DNA of 44,817 bases from an uncultured Piscirickettsiaceae bacterium. Lineage in GTDB: Bacteria; Pseudomonadota; Gammaproteobacteria; GCF-002020875. Where the stretch lies: positions 1-44,817 of the forward strand of contig CAZYJG010000001.1 of the NCBI GenBank assembly GCA_964647745.1, written 5' to 3'. Below are positions 1-8,750 of the stretch, piece after piece. Positions within the stretch are counted from its first letter, which is position 1. Each line of letters starts with the position of its first letter. The position numbers and the translations under genes are program-made. The notes under the pieces are model-generated. The model saw nothing but the letters and a program-made list of their open reading frames with translations. It did no database searches and was not told the origin of the DNA.

Positions 1-3
1 AAG

Positions 4-45
4 CGGACATTACAACTTTGCAGAAACCGGACATTACTACTTTGC
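4..45. repeat. Two 18-nt direct repeats with 24-bp period (CGGACATTACaACTTTGC / CGGACATTACtACTTTGC), at the window edge
   Basis: Copies at 4-21 and 28-45 match at 17 of 18 positions. The array may continue upstream of the window. Confidence 0.8.
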
Positions 46-67
46 GCTTACAAGTGCGCCTCCGGCA

Positions 68-96
68 TTGATTCTCCTGCTGTCTGCCACTATAAT
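68..96 (+). promoter_or_regulatory. Candidate sigma70 promoter of the rpsF operon
   Basis: TTGATT (68-73), 17-nt spacer, perfect TATAAT (91-96), about 100 nt upstream of the rpsF ATG. Sequence match only. Confidence 0.5.
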
Positions 97-198
97 TCGC
101 GCTCCGAATCGTCTGGAGTAGATTTTTCGACGGTTCCTCCTTGCCTGCAGGTGGTCAGAAAAGATCCATCTCAGACTATTTATCCATAAGGGGACAAA

Positions 199-660
199 AT
201 GAAACATTATGAAATCGTATTTATGGTCCATCCGGATCAGAGTGACCAGGTTGAGACGATGGTGGAACGCTATCGCTCTGTCATTGAAGGTGATGGTGGC
301 AAGATTCACCGTCTTGAGGATTGGGGGCGCCGTCAGTTGGCCTACTCCATCAACAAGATTCACAAGGCACACTATGTTCTGATGAACGTTGAGTGTTCGG
401 TTGATGCGCTGAATGAACTATCCGGTCTGTTCAAGTTTAATGATGCTGTGATCCGTAACCAGATTCTCTCCATGAAGGGAGCTCCTGAGGGTCAATCTGC
501 AATGATGACTGCGACAGAGAAGGAGTCTAGCCGCAAGGATCGGGATGATTCACGCAGAGAGCGTCGTGACGATCGTCCGGCAGCAGCTGCCGATGCTGCA
601 TCTGCAGAAGCCCCTGCAGCTGATGCCCCAAAGACAGAGACTGAAGCCACTGAGGCTTAA
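199..660 (+). CDS. rpsF: 30S ribosomal protein S6
   Basis: The N-terminus [18 protein letters not shown]...[14 protein letters not shown] is typical of S6. The C-terminal tail is acidic/charged. AAGGGG Shine-Dalgarno lies 5 nt before the ATG, and rpsR follows. Confidence 0.97.
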   Translation: MKHYEIVFMVHPDQSDQVETMVERYRSVIEGDGGKIHRLEDWGRRQLAYSINKIHKAHYVLMNVECSVDALNELSGLFKFNDAVIRNQILSMKGAPEGQSAMMTATEKESSRKDRDDSRRERRDDRPAAAADAASAEAPAADAPKTETEATEA

Positions 661-702
661 TGTTTCTGGTTAACTATTAAATACTGATAAGCGAGATTAA
701 TA

Positions 703-933
703 ATGGCACGCTATTTTCGTAGAAGAAAGTTTTGTCGATTCAGCATGAAAGATGCGCCAGCAATCGACTACAAGGATGTTGATCTTCTGAAGGAGTTTAT
801 CTCCGAGACCGGAGCAATCATCCCATCAAGAATTACTGGAACCAAATCCCGTTACCAGCGTCAATTGGCCACAGAGATCAAACGCGCCCGTTTTCTGGCG
901 CTGTTGCCATACTCTGACGCTCACGACCGATAA
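703..933 (+). CDS. rpsR: 30S ribosomal protein S18
   Basis: 76 aa; RRRKFCRF...[50 protein letters not shown] is the canonical S18 sequence. Confidence 0.97.
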   Translation: MARYFRRRKFCRFSMKDAPAIDYKDVDLLKEFISETGAIIPSRITGTKSRYQRQLATEIKRARFLALLPYSDAHDR

Positions 934-978
934 CTGAACAGGGTCCTCACTGCATGGCCCTGTAACAATATCCGCGGG

Positions 979-1017
979 GGGCAGGAAGAATCCTGTTCTC
1001 TGCCCGGTTACAGGATT
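979..1017 (+). promoter_or_regulatory. Candidate RNA structure (interleaved stems / possible H-type pseudoknot) in the rpsR-to-membrane-ORF spacer
   Basis: Stem A is GGGCAG 979-984 with CTGCCC 1000-1005. Stem B is AATCCTGT 989-996 with ACAGGATT 1010-1017. The arms interleave as A5'-B5'-A3'-B3'. Stem B covers AGGA (1012-1015), the only Shine-Dalgarno-like patch before the GTG 1023 / ATG 1026 start. Confidence 0.3.
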
Positions 1018-1022
1018 ATCGG

Positions 1023-1934
1023 GTGATGGACCATAGTCAGGCTCTATCCGTGCGAGCGCTTGCCGAGTTTGTGATGCGTAGCCGTCTCCATGCAATGGGG
1101 ACGACAGCGGTGCTGGCATTCGTAACCCTGTTGTTGCCTCCATTCGGCTACCTGACCGGTGCAGTAGTTGGCCTGGCGACACTTCGTCACGGACCACTGG
1201 AGGGGATTCTGACACTGGTTGGTGGACTGGTGCTGGTGACTGCACTGAACCGCCTGACGGGTGGAACAGAGGCGATGGTTGGGGTATTGGCCCTCTTCTG
1301 GTTTCCAGTCTGGGTTGTGGCACTGCTGTTGCGGTCATCCCACTCCCTGAAGGTTGCCTTTCAGGTCTCTGCGCTGTTTGGGGTTGCGGCACTGTTTCTC
1401 TTCTACCTGGTTGCGGATGGCAATCCATCCCTCTGGTGGCAGAATGCGCTTCAAACGCTTCTCACCTCTGGTGGGGAGGGGGCAGGGGGGACAGAGATGG
1501 TGCTGGACCCCCGTATTGCTGATGTATTGACCGGTGTCCTGGCGGCAGGTTTCTTCCTCGGGCTGGTGACAATGGTGTTGATTGCCCGTGGCTGGCAGGC
1601 GATGCTCTACAATCCGGGGGGGTTGAAGCAGGAGTTTCTGACGCTGCAGCTGGGGAAGAATTCGGTGTTTCTCGGGCTGGCCGTCATGCTGCCCGGGATG
1701 TTGATGGGAGAGGAGGTCCCTACCATGGTGCCGGATCTGATACAGATCTGGATGACACTGTTCATGCTCCAGGGGCTTGCTGTGGCACACGCACTGCTCG
1801 ATATGAGAAAGGTGCAGAAGGGGTGGGTTGTTGGGCTCTATCTGGTAACCCTCCTTACCCCGCTTGGGTTTATTGTGACCATGGTTGGAGTAACGGATGG
1901 CTGGGTCAATTTCCGCAAGCAGTTTGCGGTCTGA
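1023..1934 (+). CDS. Uncharacterised polytopic inner-membrane protein (about 7-8 hydrophobic segments; resembles DUF2232/YybS-type proteins)
   Basis: 303-aa ORF filling the rpsR-rplI gap, with long hydrophobic runs (e.g. [63 protein letters not shown]). Start is GTG 1023 or ATG 1026. I recognised no catalytic motif; the family assignment is from memory of similar operon contexts. Confidence 0.7.
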   Translation: MMDHSQALSVRALAEFVMRSRLHAMGTTAVLAFVTLLLPPFGYLTGAVVGLATLRHGPLEGILTLVGGLVLVTALNRLTGGTEAMVGVLALFWFPVWVVALLLRSSHSLKVAFQVSALFGVAALFLFYLVADGNPSLWWQNALQTLLTSGGEGAGGTEMVLDPRIADVLTGVLAAGFFLGLVTMVLIARGWQAMLYNPGGLKQEFLTLQLGKNSVFLGLAVMLPGMLMGEEVPTMVPDLIQIWMTLFMLQGLAVAHALLDMRKVQKGWVVGLYLVTLLTPLGFIVTMVGVTDGWVNFRKQFAV

Positions 1935-2004
1935 CCAGGTTGAATTAAATGGCTCTGCTCTCTGCCATTTTCAAAGAGAGACTGTTGATAAAGAGGAAAG
2001 TAAA

Positions 2005-2454
2005 ATGGATGTGATCCTGCTTGAAAAAGTGGCTAACCTGGGTGATCTCGGGGACAAGGTCTCAGTCAAACCAGGCTATGCACGCAACTACCTGATCCCA
2101 CAGGAGAAGGCAAAGGCTGCAACGCCAGAGAATCTGAAAGAGTTTGAGGCGCGTCGTGCCGAGCTGGAGCGCGTTGCTGCAGAGGCACTTGCGGCTGCCC
2201 AGGCCCGTGCCGAACAGCTTGCGACCATTAAGCTCGAGATTGCCCACCAGGCTGGTGAGGAAGGAAAGCTCTTCGGTTCCGTAACCGGTGCAGAGATTGC
2301 AGCTGCAATCGCTGAGGCAGGTGTTGAGGTTTCCAAGAGTGAGATTCGCCTGCCCAATGGGCCACTGCGCGAACTGGGTGAGCATGAGGTTACTGTTCAG
2401 CTGCATAGCGACGTCAGTACAGATGTGGGCGTCTCTATTGTTGCCGAGGAGTAG
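2005..2454 (+). CDS. rplI: 50S ribosomal protein L9
   Basis: [33 protein letters not shown] is the canonical L9 N-terminus. I chose the internal ATG at 2005 (AAGAGGAAAG Shine-Dalgarno upstream) over the ORF-track start at 1897. Confidence 0.95.
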   Translation: MDVILLEKVANLGDLGDKVSVKPGYARNYLIPQEKAKAATPENLKEFEARRAELERVAAEALAAAQARAEQLATIKLEIAHQAGEEGKLFGSVTGAEIAAAIAEAGVEVSKSEIRLPNGPLRELGEHEVTVQLHSDVSTDVGVSIVAEE

Positions 2455-2493
2455 AGTCGCGAAGGCGATTGCACCACTCAACTGCAACAACAG

Positions 2494-2522
2494 GCCTCTC
2501 CCCGCAAGGGAGAGGCTTTTTT
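2494..2522 (+). terminator. Intrinsic terminator after rplI
   Basis: 9-bp GC-rich stem GCCTCTCCC/GGGAGAGGC, loop CGCAA, followed by TTTTTT (2517-2522). Confidence 0.85.
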
Positions 2523-2609
2523 GTCTCTCTGAGAGTCGAATTGTTTCCGATTCTGGATTATCCTTGTCTGCTCCCTTCAACTACAGTGAACCACAATCAA
2601 TAACAGGGT

Positions 2610-3992
2610 GTGATGTCTGAATCCTCTTCAATAACGGTCCCTCCACAGAATATCGAGGCAGAACAGTCTGTGCTGGGTGGCCTGATGCTGGACAACAGCA
2701 GCTGGGATGTGGTCTCAGACCGGATCTTTGAGGAGGATTTCTATAGAAAGGATCACCGTCTGATCTTTCGCTCCATTGCCAGCCTTGCTGAAGAGAACAA
2801 GCCCTTCGATGTCATCACCCTGACCGAGTGGCTGGAGAGCCGAAACGAGTCAGAGAATGCCGGGGGGCTCGCCTATCTGGGCACACTGGCAAAAAATACC
2901 CCGAGTGCAGCCAATATCCGCCACTATGCCGATATTGTCAGAGAGCGCTCCATACTGCGCAGTCTGGTTACCGCCTCCAACGAGATCAGCGATGCTGCAT
3001 TCAATACTGAGGGGCGCAGGGTATCGGAGATACTCGACCATGCGGAACAGCTGGTTTTCCAGATTGCCGAACAGGGGAGCCGGAATCAGAAGGGGTTTGA
3101 GGATATGAAGACCCTGCTCTCTCGTGCAGTTGATCGTATCGATGAACTCTACAACTCCAAGGGGGGTGAGGTAACCGGCATCTCAACCGGTTTTGTTGAC
3201 TTTGATCGCATCACCACCGGACTGCAGAAGTCGGATCTCATTATCGTGGCAGGGCGCCCTGCAATGGGCAAGACCTCCTTTGCAATGAATATCGCTGAGC
3301 ATGCCGCGGTCAAGGGTGGGGCATCGGTGGCTGTCTTCAGCATGGAGATGTCCGGTGAGCAACTGGCAACCCGACTGATCTCATCGCTGGGGAGAATCAA
3401 TTCCAACAAGGTGCGTACAGGTCAGCTGGAGGAGGATGACTGGCAGTACCTGATCAAGGCGGTGGACCAGCTCAAGGACAGCAAGATCTTTATTGATGAT
3501 ACGCCAGCACTGACGCCAATGGAGCTTCGCTCCAGGGTGCGACGAATTGCAAGAACCCATGGACTGGATATGGTGGTAATTGACTATCTCCAGTTGATGC
3601 AGGGGTCCGGCAAGGCGGCCTCCGAGAATCGTGCCACCGAGATTGCCGAGATCTCCCGCTCCCTCAAGGCGATGGCCAAGGAGATGGATGTTCCGGTTGT
3701 CGCGTTGTCACAGCTCAACCGATCCCTGGAGTCCAGGCCCAACCGCAGACCGGTGATGTCGGATCTTCGTGAGTCAGGATCGATCGAGCAGGATGCAGAC
3801 ATCATCGTCTTTATCTATCGGGATGAGGTCTACAATGAGGAGAGCCCGGATCGTGGGGTTGCCGAGATTATTCTGGGCAAGCAGCGTCATGGTGCAATTG
3901 GAACCGTCAAGGTTGCCTTCCATGGGGAGTACACCCGCTTTGACAACCTTGCCCCCACCTATATGACCAACCATCCCGGCTCAGGCCAATGA
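2610..3992 (+). CDS. dnaB: Replicative DNA helicase DnaB
   Basis: 460 aa. N-terminal PPQNIEAEQSVLGGLMLD, Walker A GRPAMGKTSF, and DYLQLM...ALSQLNRSLE motifs are present. No intein-sized insertion. Start is GTG 2610 or ATG 2613. Confidence 0.97.
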   Translation: MMSESSSITVPPQNIEAEQSVLGGLMLDNSSWDVVSDRIFEEDFYRKDHRLIFRSIASLAEENKPFDVITLTEWLESRNESENAGGLAYLGTLAKNTPSAANIRHYADIVRERSILRSLVTASNEISDAAFNTEGRRVSEILDHAEQLVFQIAEQGSRNQKGFEDMKTLLSRAVDRIDELYNSKGGEVTGISTGFVDFDRITTGLQKSDLIIVAGRPAMGKTSFAMNIAEHAAVKGGASVAVFSMEMSGEQLATRLISSLGRINSNKVRTGQLEEDDWQYLIKAVDQLKDSKIFIDDTPALTPMELRSRVRRIARTHGLDMVVIDYLQLMQGSGKAASENRATEIAEISRSLKAMAKEMDVPVVALSQLNRSLESRPNRRPVMSDLRESGSIEQDADIIVFIYRDEVYNEESPDRGVAEIILGKQRHGAIGTVKVAFHGEYTRFDNLAPTYMTNHPGSGQ

Positions 3993-5065
3993 GCCGACTG
4001 GCGACCGCCACCATCCATCTGGAGGCGCTTCGCAATAATCTGCAGCGGGCCAGAGCGCTCTGCTCCAATGCCTCCCAGATCGTTGCTGTCATCAAGGCAG
4101 ATGGATATGGCCACGGCCTGCTGACAGTTGCCCATGCACTCCACGAGGCAGAGATGTTTGCTGTGGGATGCCTTGATGAGGCTGCGGCACTGCGGGGTGC
4201 GGGTGTTCACAAGCCAATCCTGCTACTGGAGGGGTTTGAGGGGGAAGAGGAGCTGCAGGCAATTTCACAGCTTGGGCTGCAGACGGTGATCCACTCACAA
4301 CAGCAGTGGTCGCTGCTGCGCTCTGTTGAGCTGAAGCGGCCGCTTGCCGTCTGGCTCAAGATCGATACCGGGATGCACCGGCTCGGTCTGGACCCCGAGG
4401 AGGCAGAGTCCATGCTGCAGGCGCTGCAGCACCATCCCTCGGTGGATGAGGTGGTTCTGCTCTCCCACTTTGCCAATGCAGATGGTACCGATCATGAGAT
4501 GAACCACCACCAGCAGCAGCTTTTCGAATGCTGTGCCACCGGTTCCGGCCTGAGGCGCAGCATGGCGAATTCCGCTGCACTGCTATCCCACAGCTCCAGC
4601 CACTACCAGTTTGTCCGACCGGGAATCATGCTCTATGGGGGCTCTCCCTTCCCGCAGCGGAGTGCAGAGTCACTGGGGCTTGCCCCGGCGATGACGCTGC
4701 AGGCCCCGCTGATTGCAATCAAGAGCCTGCAGAGAGGTGACAAGGTGGGTTATGGGTCACTCTGGAGCGCACCGGAGGAGATGAGGATTGGGGTGGTCGC
4801 CATCGGCTATGGCCACGGCTACCCGCGCCAACTGCCATCAGGGACCCCGATCCTGATCCGTGGGAAACGTGTCCCGCTGATTGGCAGGGTCTCAATGGAT
4901 ATGGTGACGGTCGATCTGAGAGGGCTGCCGGAGGCGGCGGTGGGTGACTCTGCAACCCTCTGGGGAGAGGGGCTGCCGGCAGATGAGATTGCGGTCCTTG
5001 CCAACACCATCTCCTATGAACTTTTTTGCCAGCTGACCTCTCGGGTGAGACGGGTGGAGGGGTAG
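3989..5065 (+). CDS. alr: Alanine racemase
   Basis: 358 aa with the PLP-lysine motif VIKADGYGHG and a C-terminal SYELFCQL. ATGA overlap with the dnaB stop. Confidence 0.92.
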   Translation: MSRLATATIHLEALRNNLQRARALCSNASQIVAVIKADGYGHGLLTVAHALHEAEMFAVGCLDEAAALRGAGVHKPILLLEGFEGEEELQAISQLGLQTVIHSQQQWSLLRSVELKRPLAVWLKIDTGMHRLGLDPEEAESMLQALQHHPSVDEVVLLSHFANADGTDHEMNHHQQQLFECCATGSGLRRSMANSAALLSHSSSHYQFVRPGIMLYGGSPFPQRSAESLGLAPAMTLQAPLIAIKSLQRGDKVGYGSLWSAPEEMRIGVVAIGYGHGYPRQLPSGTPILIRGKRVPLIGRVSMDMVTVDLRGLPEAAVGDSATLWGEGLPADEIAVLANTISYELFCQLTSRVRRVEG

Positions 5066-5068
5066 CCA

Positions 5069-6427
5069 TTGGCAAAGCGAAAGGTTGAGTTTGTCTGTAG
5101 CGAGTGTGGTGATCTCGCCCCCAAATGGTCTGGCCAGTGCGCCGCCTGTGGAGGGTGGAACTGTCTGACCGAGGTTGTGGTTGCCCCTGCAGCAGGGGGT
5201 GGCGGCCGTTTTGCCGGATATGCGGGCGAACGCGCCCAGGTTGTGGCGCTGAGCGATGTGGAACCGGCTGTGGAGACACAGCGCTCCACAGGGATCGGCG
5301 AGATGGACCGGGTTCTCGGTGGGGGGTTGGTTCAGGGATCCGTGGTGCTGATTGGTGGTGATCCTGGAATCGGAAAATCGACCCTGTTGCTGCAGGTGAC
5401 CTCCAGGCTGGCGACAGAGATGCCGGTACTCTACGTGACTGGAGAGGAGTCACTGCGACAGATTTCACTGCGTGCCAGCAGGCTTGGCGTTGATCCATCC
5501 AAATTGAACCTGCTGACTGAAACCCAGGCAGAGCAGATTATCGCCACCTCGCAGAGCCTCTCTCCCAGGGTGCTGGTTATCGACTCTATCCAGACGATCC
5601 ACAGCGGGGATCTGCAATCAGCACCGGGATCCGTTGCCCAGGTCAGGGAGAGTACGGCAAGACTGGTGCGCTATGCCAAGCAGACTGGAACCTCGATCTT
5701 TCTGGTGGGCCATGTGACCAAGGAGGGGAGTCTTGCAGGTCCCAGGGTTCTTGAGCATATGGTCGATACGGTGCTCTACTTTGAGGGAGAGGGGGGGAGC
5801 CGTTATCGTGTGATTCGGGCGATCAAGAACCGTTTTGGTGCGGTGAATGAGCTGGGTGTCTTTGCAATGACCGAGGAGGGGCTGAAAGAGGTCGCCAACC
5901 CGTCGGCCATCTTCCTCTCCCGTCATGACTCACCAGTCCCTGGATCCGTAACGCTGGTTACCCGCGAGGGGACGCGCCCGCTACTGGTTGAGCTGCAGGC
6001 CCTGGTGGATGAGAGTCACCTCTCCAATCCGCGACGGGTCGCAATTGGGCTGGAGCAGAATCGTCTCTCCATGTTGTTGGCTGTTCTCCACCGGCATGGG
6101 AGCATCGTGACCCATGATCAGGATGTTTTTGTCAACGTGGTGGGGGGGGTTCGTGTATCGGAACCTGCGGCCGATCTGGCGGTGATCCTCTCCATCATCT
6201 CCAGCCTGCGCAATCGACCCTTTCCAGAGGGGTTGATTGTCTTTGGCGAGGTGGGGCTGGTGGGTGAGGTTCGCCCAGTCCCCGGAGGGGAGGAGCGGCT
6301 ACAGGAGGCGGCAAAGCACGGGTTTCACCGTGCAATCATTCCCAAGGCCAACCATCCAAGAGGGAGAATCGAGGGGATGGAGGTGGTGGCCGTCTCCAGG
6401 TTGTCGGAGGCGCTTCATAACCTGTAG
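5069..6427 (+). CDS. radA: DNA repair protein RadA/Sms
   Basis: Zn-finger CSECGDLAPKWSGQCAACGGW, Walker A GDPGIGKST, a KNRFG motif and a Lon-like C-terminal domain. TTG start at 5069 with a GGAGGGG Shine-Dalgarno upstream. Confidence 0.95.
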   Translation: MAKRKVEFVCSECGDLAPKWSGQCAACGGWNCLTEVVVAPAAGGGGRFAGYAGERAQVVALSDVEPAVETQRSTGIGEMDRVLGGGLVQGSVVLIGGDPGIGKSTLLLQVTSRLATEMPVLYVTGEESLRQISLRASRLGVDPSKLNLLTETQAEQIIATSQSLSPRVLVIDSIQTIHSGDLQSAPGSVAQVRESTARLVRYAKQTGTSIFLVGHVTKEGSLAGPRVLEHMVDTVLYFEGEGGSRYRVIRAIKNRFGAVNELGVFAMTEEGLKEVANPSAIFLSRHDSPVPGSVTLVTREGTRPLLVELQALVDESHLSNPRRVAIGLEQNRLSMLLAVLHRHGSIVTHDQDVFVNVVGGVRVSEPAADLAVILSIISSLRNRPFPEGLIVFGEVGLVGEVRPVPGGEERLQEAAKHGFHRAIIPKANHPRGRIEGMEVVAVSRLSEALHNL

Positions 6428-6481
6428 TGGGTCCTTGTGTGTTCCCTGGTAACTGCTTGCCCCACCTGGCGGGGTGAGTAG

Positions 6482-7786
6482 TTACGTTCCCTGCTTGCGT
6501 AGCAGAGGGAAGATTCTTGCCGTACGGACAATATTCTCGGAGGCGTAGACAACCTCGATCGGGTAGCCGTTGATCATCATGCTGGTCCCCTTTTCAGGGA
6601 TATCCTCCAGATGCTCGATAATCAGACCATTCAGGGTCTTGGGGCCGACCTGGGGCAGATCCCACCCCATATTCTTCTCCAGCTCTCTCAGGTTGGCACT
6701 GCCGTCCACCAGAAAGGAGCCATCCTTCTGCGGCTGAACCTCCGGGATGGTGTCGGATATGTCGGTTGTGAACTCGCCCACAATCTCCTCCAGCAGATCC
6801 TCCAGGGTCACCAGCCCCTGAATATCTCCATACTCGTCGACCACCAGCCCCATCCGTCTCTTCAGTCGCTGGAACTCCAGCAGTTGGTTGTTGAGTGTGG
6901 TTCTCTCCGGAATAAAGAGAGGTGGACGAAGAACGCTGATCAGTTCGCTCTTCTCCTCGGTTTGTCCCACTCCGGCTGTTTCTGGGGGGGTGGATTTCGA
7001 GGTGTGCAGATGGAGTGCATCACGCATGTGAAGGATGCCAAGCAGGTGTTCGGTACTGTTGCGGAACACGGGAAGGCGCGTATGCTGGGTGATCGAGAGT
7101 TGCGTCAGTATCTCGCTCCACTCATCCTCGATGTCAATGCTGATGATCTCATTGCGGGGTACCATGATGTCCTCGACCGTGACCTCCTCCAGATCGAGGA
7201 TACTGGCCAGCATCGCCTGATGTTTTTTTGGGATCAGTCCCCCAGCCTCCTTGACCACCGTACGAAGCTCCTCTCGTGAGAGGTGATCGTCCTGGGATGG
7301 GTCGATCCTGACTCCGGCAATACGCAGAACCAGACTGGTCAGCCAGTTGATGAGCCGAACCAGCGGATAGAGTAGGCGCAGCAGTGGGCCGAGGACAAAT
7401 GAGGCGGGATAGGCGAAGCGTTCAGGAGAGAGGGCAGCAATTGTCTTCGGTGTGACCTCGGCAAAGATCAGGATAACGAATGTCAGTACCCCCGTTGCCA
7501 CGGCAATGCCTGCATTTCCGAAGAGGCGCAGACCAATCACGGTTGCAATTGCGGAGGCGAGAATGTTGACAAAGTTGTTGCCCAGCAGGATCAGTCCGAT
7601 CAGCCGTTCCGGGTGCTCCAGCAGGCGGGAGGCAAGACGGGCACCGCGATGACCTATGCGCGACATATGGCGCAGACGATAGCGGTTGATTGCCATCATG
7701 CTGGTCTCCGAGCCAGAGAAGAATGCAGAGATCAGAATCAGCAGAAAGAGGAGTGCCGCAAGAATCTCTGTTGGAATCTCACTCAA
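6482..7786 (-). CDS. yfjD: CNNM/DUF21-CBS-CorC_HlyC family membrane protein (putative Mg/Co efflux, YfjD/CorB-like)
   Basis: 434 aa. The hydrophobic N-terminal domain carries SGSETS, followed by a CBS-pair region and a CorC/HlyC-type C-terminus. TTG start. It sits next to ypjD and ffh, as in E. coli (from memory). Confidence 0.85.
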   Translation of the reverse strand: MSEIPTEILAALLFLLILISAFFSGSETSMMAINRYRLRHMSRIGHRGARLASRLLEHPERLIGLILLGNNFVNILASAIATVIGLRLFGNAGIAVATGVLTFVILIFAEVTPKTIAALSPERFAYPASFVLGPLLRLLYPLVRLINWLTSLVLRIAGVRIDPSQDDHLSREELRTVVKEAGGLIPKKHQAMLASILDLEEVTVEDIMVPRNEIISIDIEDEWSEILTQLSITQHTRLPVFRNSTEHLLGILHMRDALHLHTSKSTPPETAGVGQTEEKSELISVLRPPLFIPERTTLNNQLLEFQRLKRRMGLVVDEYGDIQGLVTLEDLLEEIVGEFTTDISDTIPEVQPQKDGSFLVDGSANLRELEKNMGWDLPQVGPKTLNGLIIEHLEDIPEKGTSMMINGYPIEVVYASENIVRTARIFPLLRKQGT

Positions 7787-7818
7787 CCGTCTGTACCTTT
7801 AGGGGTTCCTTTATGGAG

Positions 7819-8628
7819 CTAACCTGTTGGCAGTCCAATCAGGATCTCCACCACAAAGCGGCTGCCGAAGTAGGCCAGGAACAGTACCCCGAAACCGATC
7901 AGTGTCCAGCGCACTGCAACCCTTCCACGCCAGCCGTGTCGGTGTCTTCCCCAGAGCAGTGCGGCGAAGACAAGCCAGGAGATGATGGAGAGAACGGCGG
8001 TATGGGCACGCTGCTGCTCAACCATATCCTCAACCAGTGGGATAGCGCTGAATAGTGCCAGGGTAAGCAGAAGCAGTCCGGCGCGAATCAGCTGGAACAT
8101 CAGATGCTCCACCTCAACCATCGGTGGCAGGGCCCGGATGAAACCGCCAGGCTGCTTGTTGCGCAGATGGCGCTCCTGGATGGCCAGCAGAATGGCCTGC
8201 AGTGCAGCGACACCAAGCAGGCTGTAGGAGACCATGGAGAGGAGTATATGGGTATCAAGTGCTATGGATGCCGTATGCTGAACAGCCTCCGGGTTCATGA
8301 GCTGCAACGCGACCATTGCAGCAGCGACCGGGAAGATGATGACTCCCAGATTTCCTGCAGGACGGAACAGCCAGGTGATCTCCAGCATCAGTACCAGCAG
8401 CCAGCTGGTGATGGAGAGGGCATGAAAGAATCCGAGATTGACCCACTGCTCAACAACCAGCAGAAACAGAACATGGGTGTGAAACAGAAAGCCCAGTCCA
8501 CCCAGCAGCTTCAGCCCATTTCTTGGGTGATCATGACAGGAGATCCCCTGTGTCAGCAGGCGCCCAAGGCCTGTGGCAGCGACCAGATAGAGCAGGATGG
8601 CAACCGTTCCCGTGATGGTAAAGCTCAT
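7819..8628 (-). CDS. ypjD: Cytochrome c assembly (CcsA/ResC-like) family inner-membrane protein, YpjD-like
   Basis: 269-aa polytopic membrane ORF, divergent from ffh, with a strong AAGGAG Shine-Dalgarno. Family call rests on sequence resemblance and conserved ffh-adjacent position. Confidence 0.7.
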   Translation of the reverse strand: MSFTITGTVAILLYLVAATGLGRLLTQGISCHDHPRNGLKLLGGLGFLFHTHVLFLLVVEQWVNLGFFHALSITSWLLVLMLEITWLFRPAGNLGVIIFPVAAAMVALQLMNPEAVQHTASIALDTHILLSMVSYSLLGVAALQAILLAIQERHLRNKQPGGFIRALPPMVEVEHLMFQLIRAGLLLLTLALFSAIPLVEDMVEQQRAHTAVLSIISWLVFAALLWGRHRHGWRGRVAVRWTLIGFGVLFLAYFGSRFVVEILIGLPTG

Positions 8629-8750
8629 ATAGACTCCTTGATACTTTTTTTGATGATGATGTCATACCAACAGCGATTCGTCAGCAGAATTGGATATAAT
8701 TTATTGCAACTGAATATAGTGGTTGTTGAAGAAGAGAGCAGAAGGAAGCC

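Noticed and set aside
1-47. Possible CRISPR array at the window start.
   Set aside because: There are only two 18-nt copies separated by 6 nt. That is far too short in both repeat and spacer for CRISPR, and no cas genes are present. It is kept only as a tandem-repeat observation.
180-188. DnaA-box-like TTATCCATA in the rpsF leader.
   Set aside because: It is a single copy with a mismatch at a conserved position (consensus TTATCCACA). There is no cluster, AT-rich unwinding element or oriC context.
826-1428. Long antisense or shadow ORFs opposite well-supported genes. Examples: 826-1428(-), 4719-5498(-), 6611-7279(+), 8104-8766(+), 16785-17372(-), 18059-19186(-), 18672-19592(-), 21579-22211(-), 30889-31755(+), 33680-34276(+), 35842-36549(-).
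   Set aside because: Each lies opposite or out of frame to a gene with unmistakable family motifs. Their translations are low-complexity P/R/G/S/H-rich strings, typical of stop-poor alternative frames in GC-rich coding DNA. None has a Shine-Dalgarno or a recognisable domain.
1897-2004. N-terminal extensions in the ORF track for rplI (1897), rplS (11887), recX (18807), csrA (23317), dbpA (25402), modA (25868), rluC (32114) and maf (34405).
   Set aside because: In every case an internal ATG reproduces the canonical family N-terminus. Most of these internal starts are preceded by a Shine-Dalgarno-like patch; modA and rluC are not. The extensions overlap upstream genes or terminators.
2610-3992. 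Inteins or insertions in dnaB, recA or other classic intein hosts.
   Set aside because: Protein lengths (DnaB 460 aa, RecA 343 aa) and uninterrupted motifs match intein-free versions.
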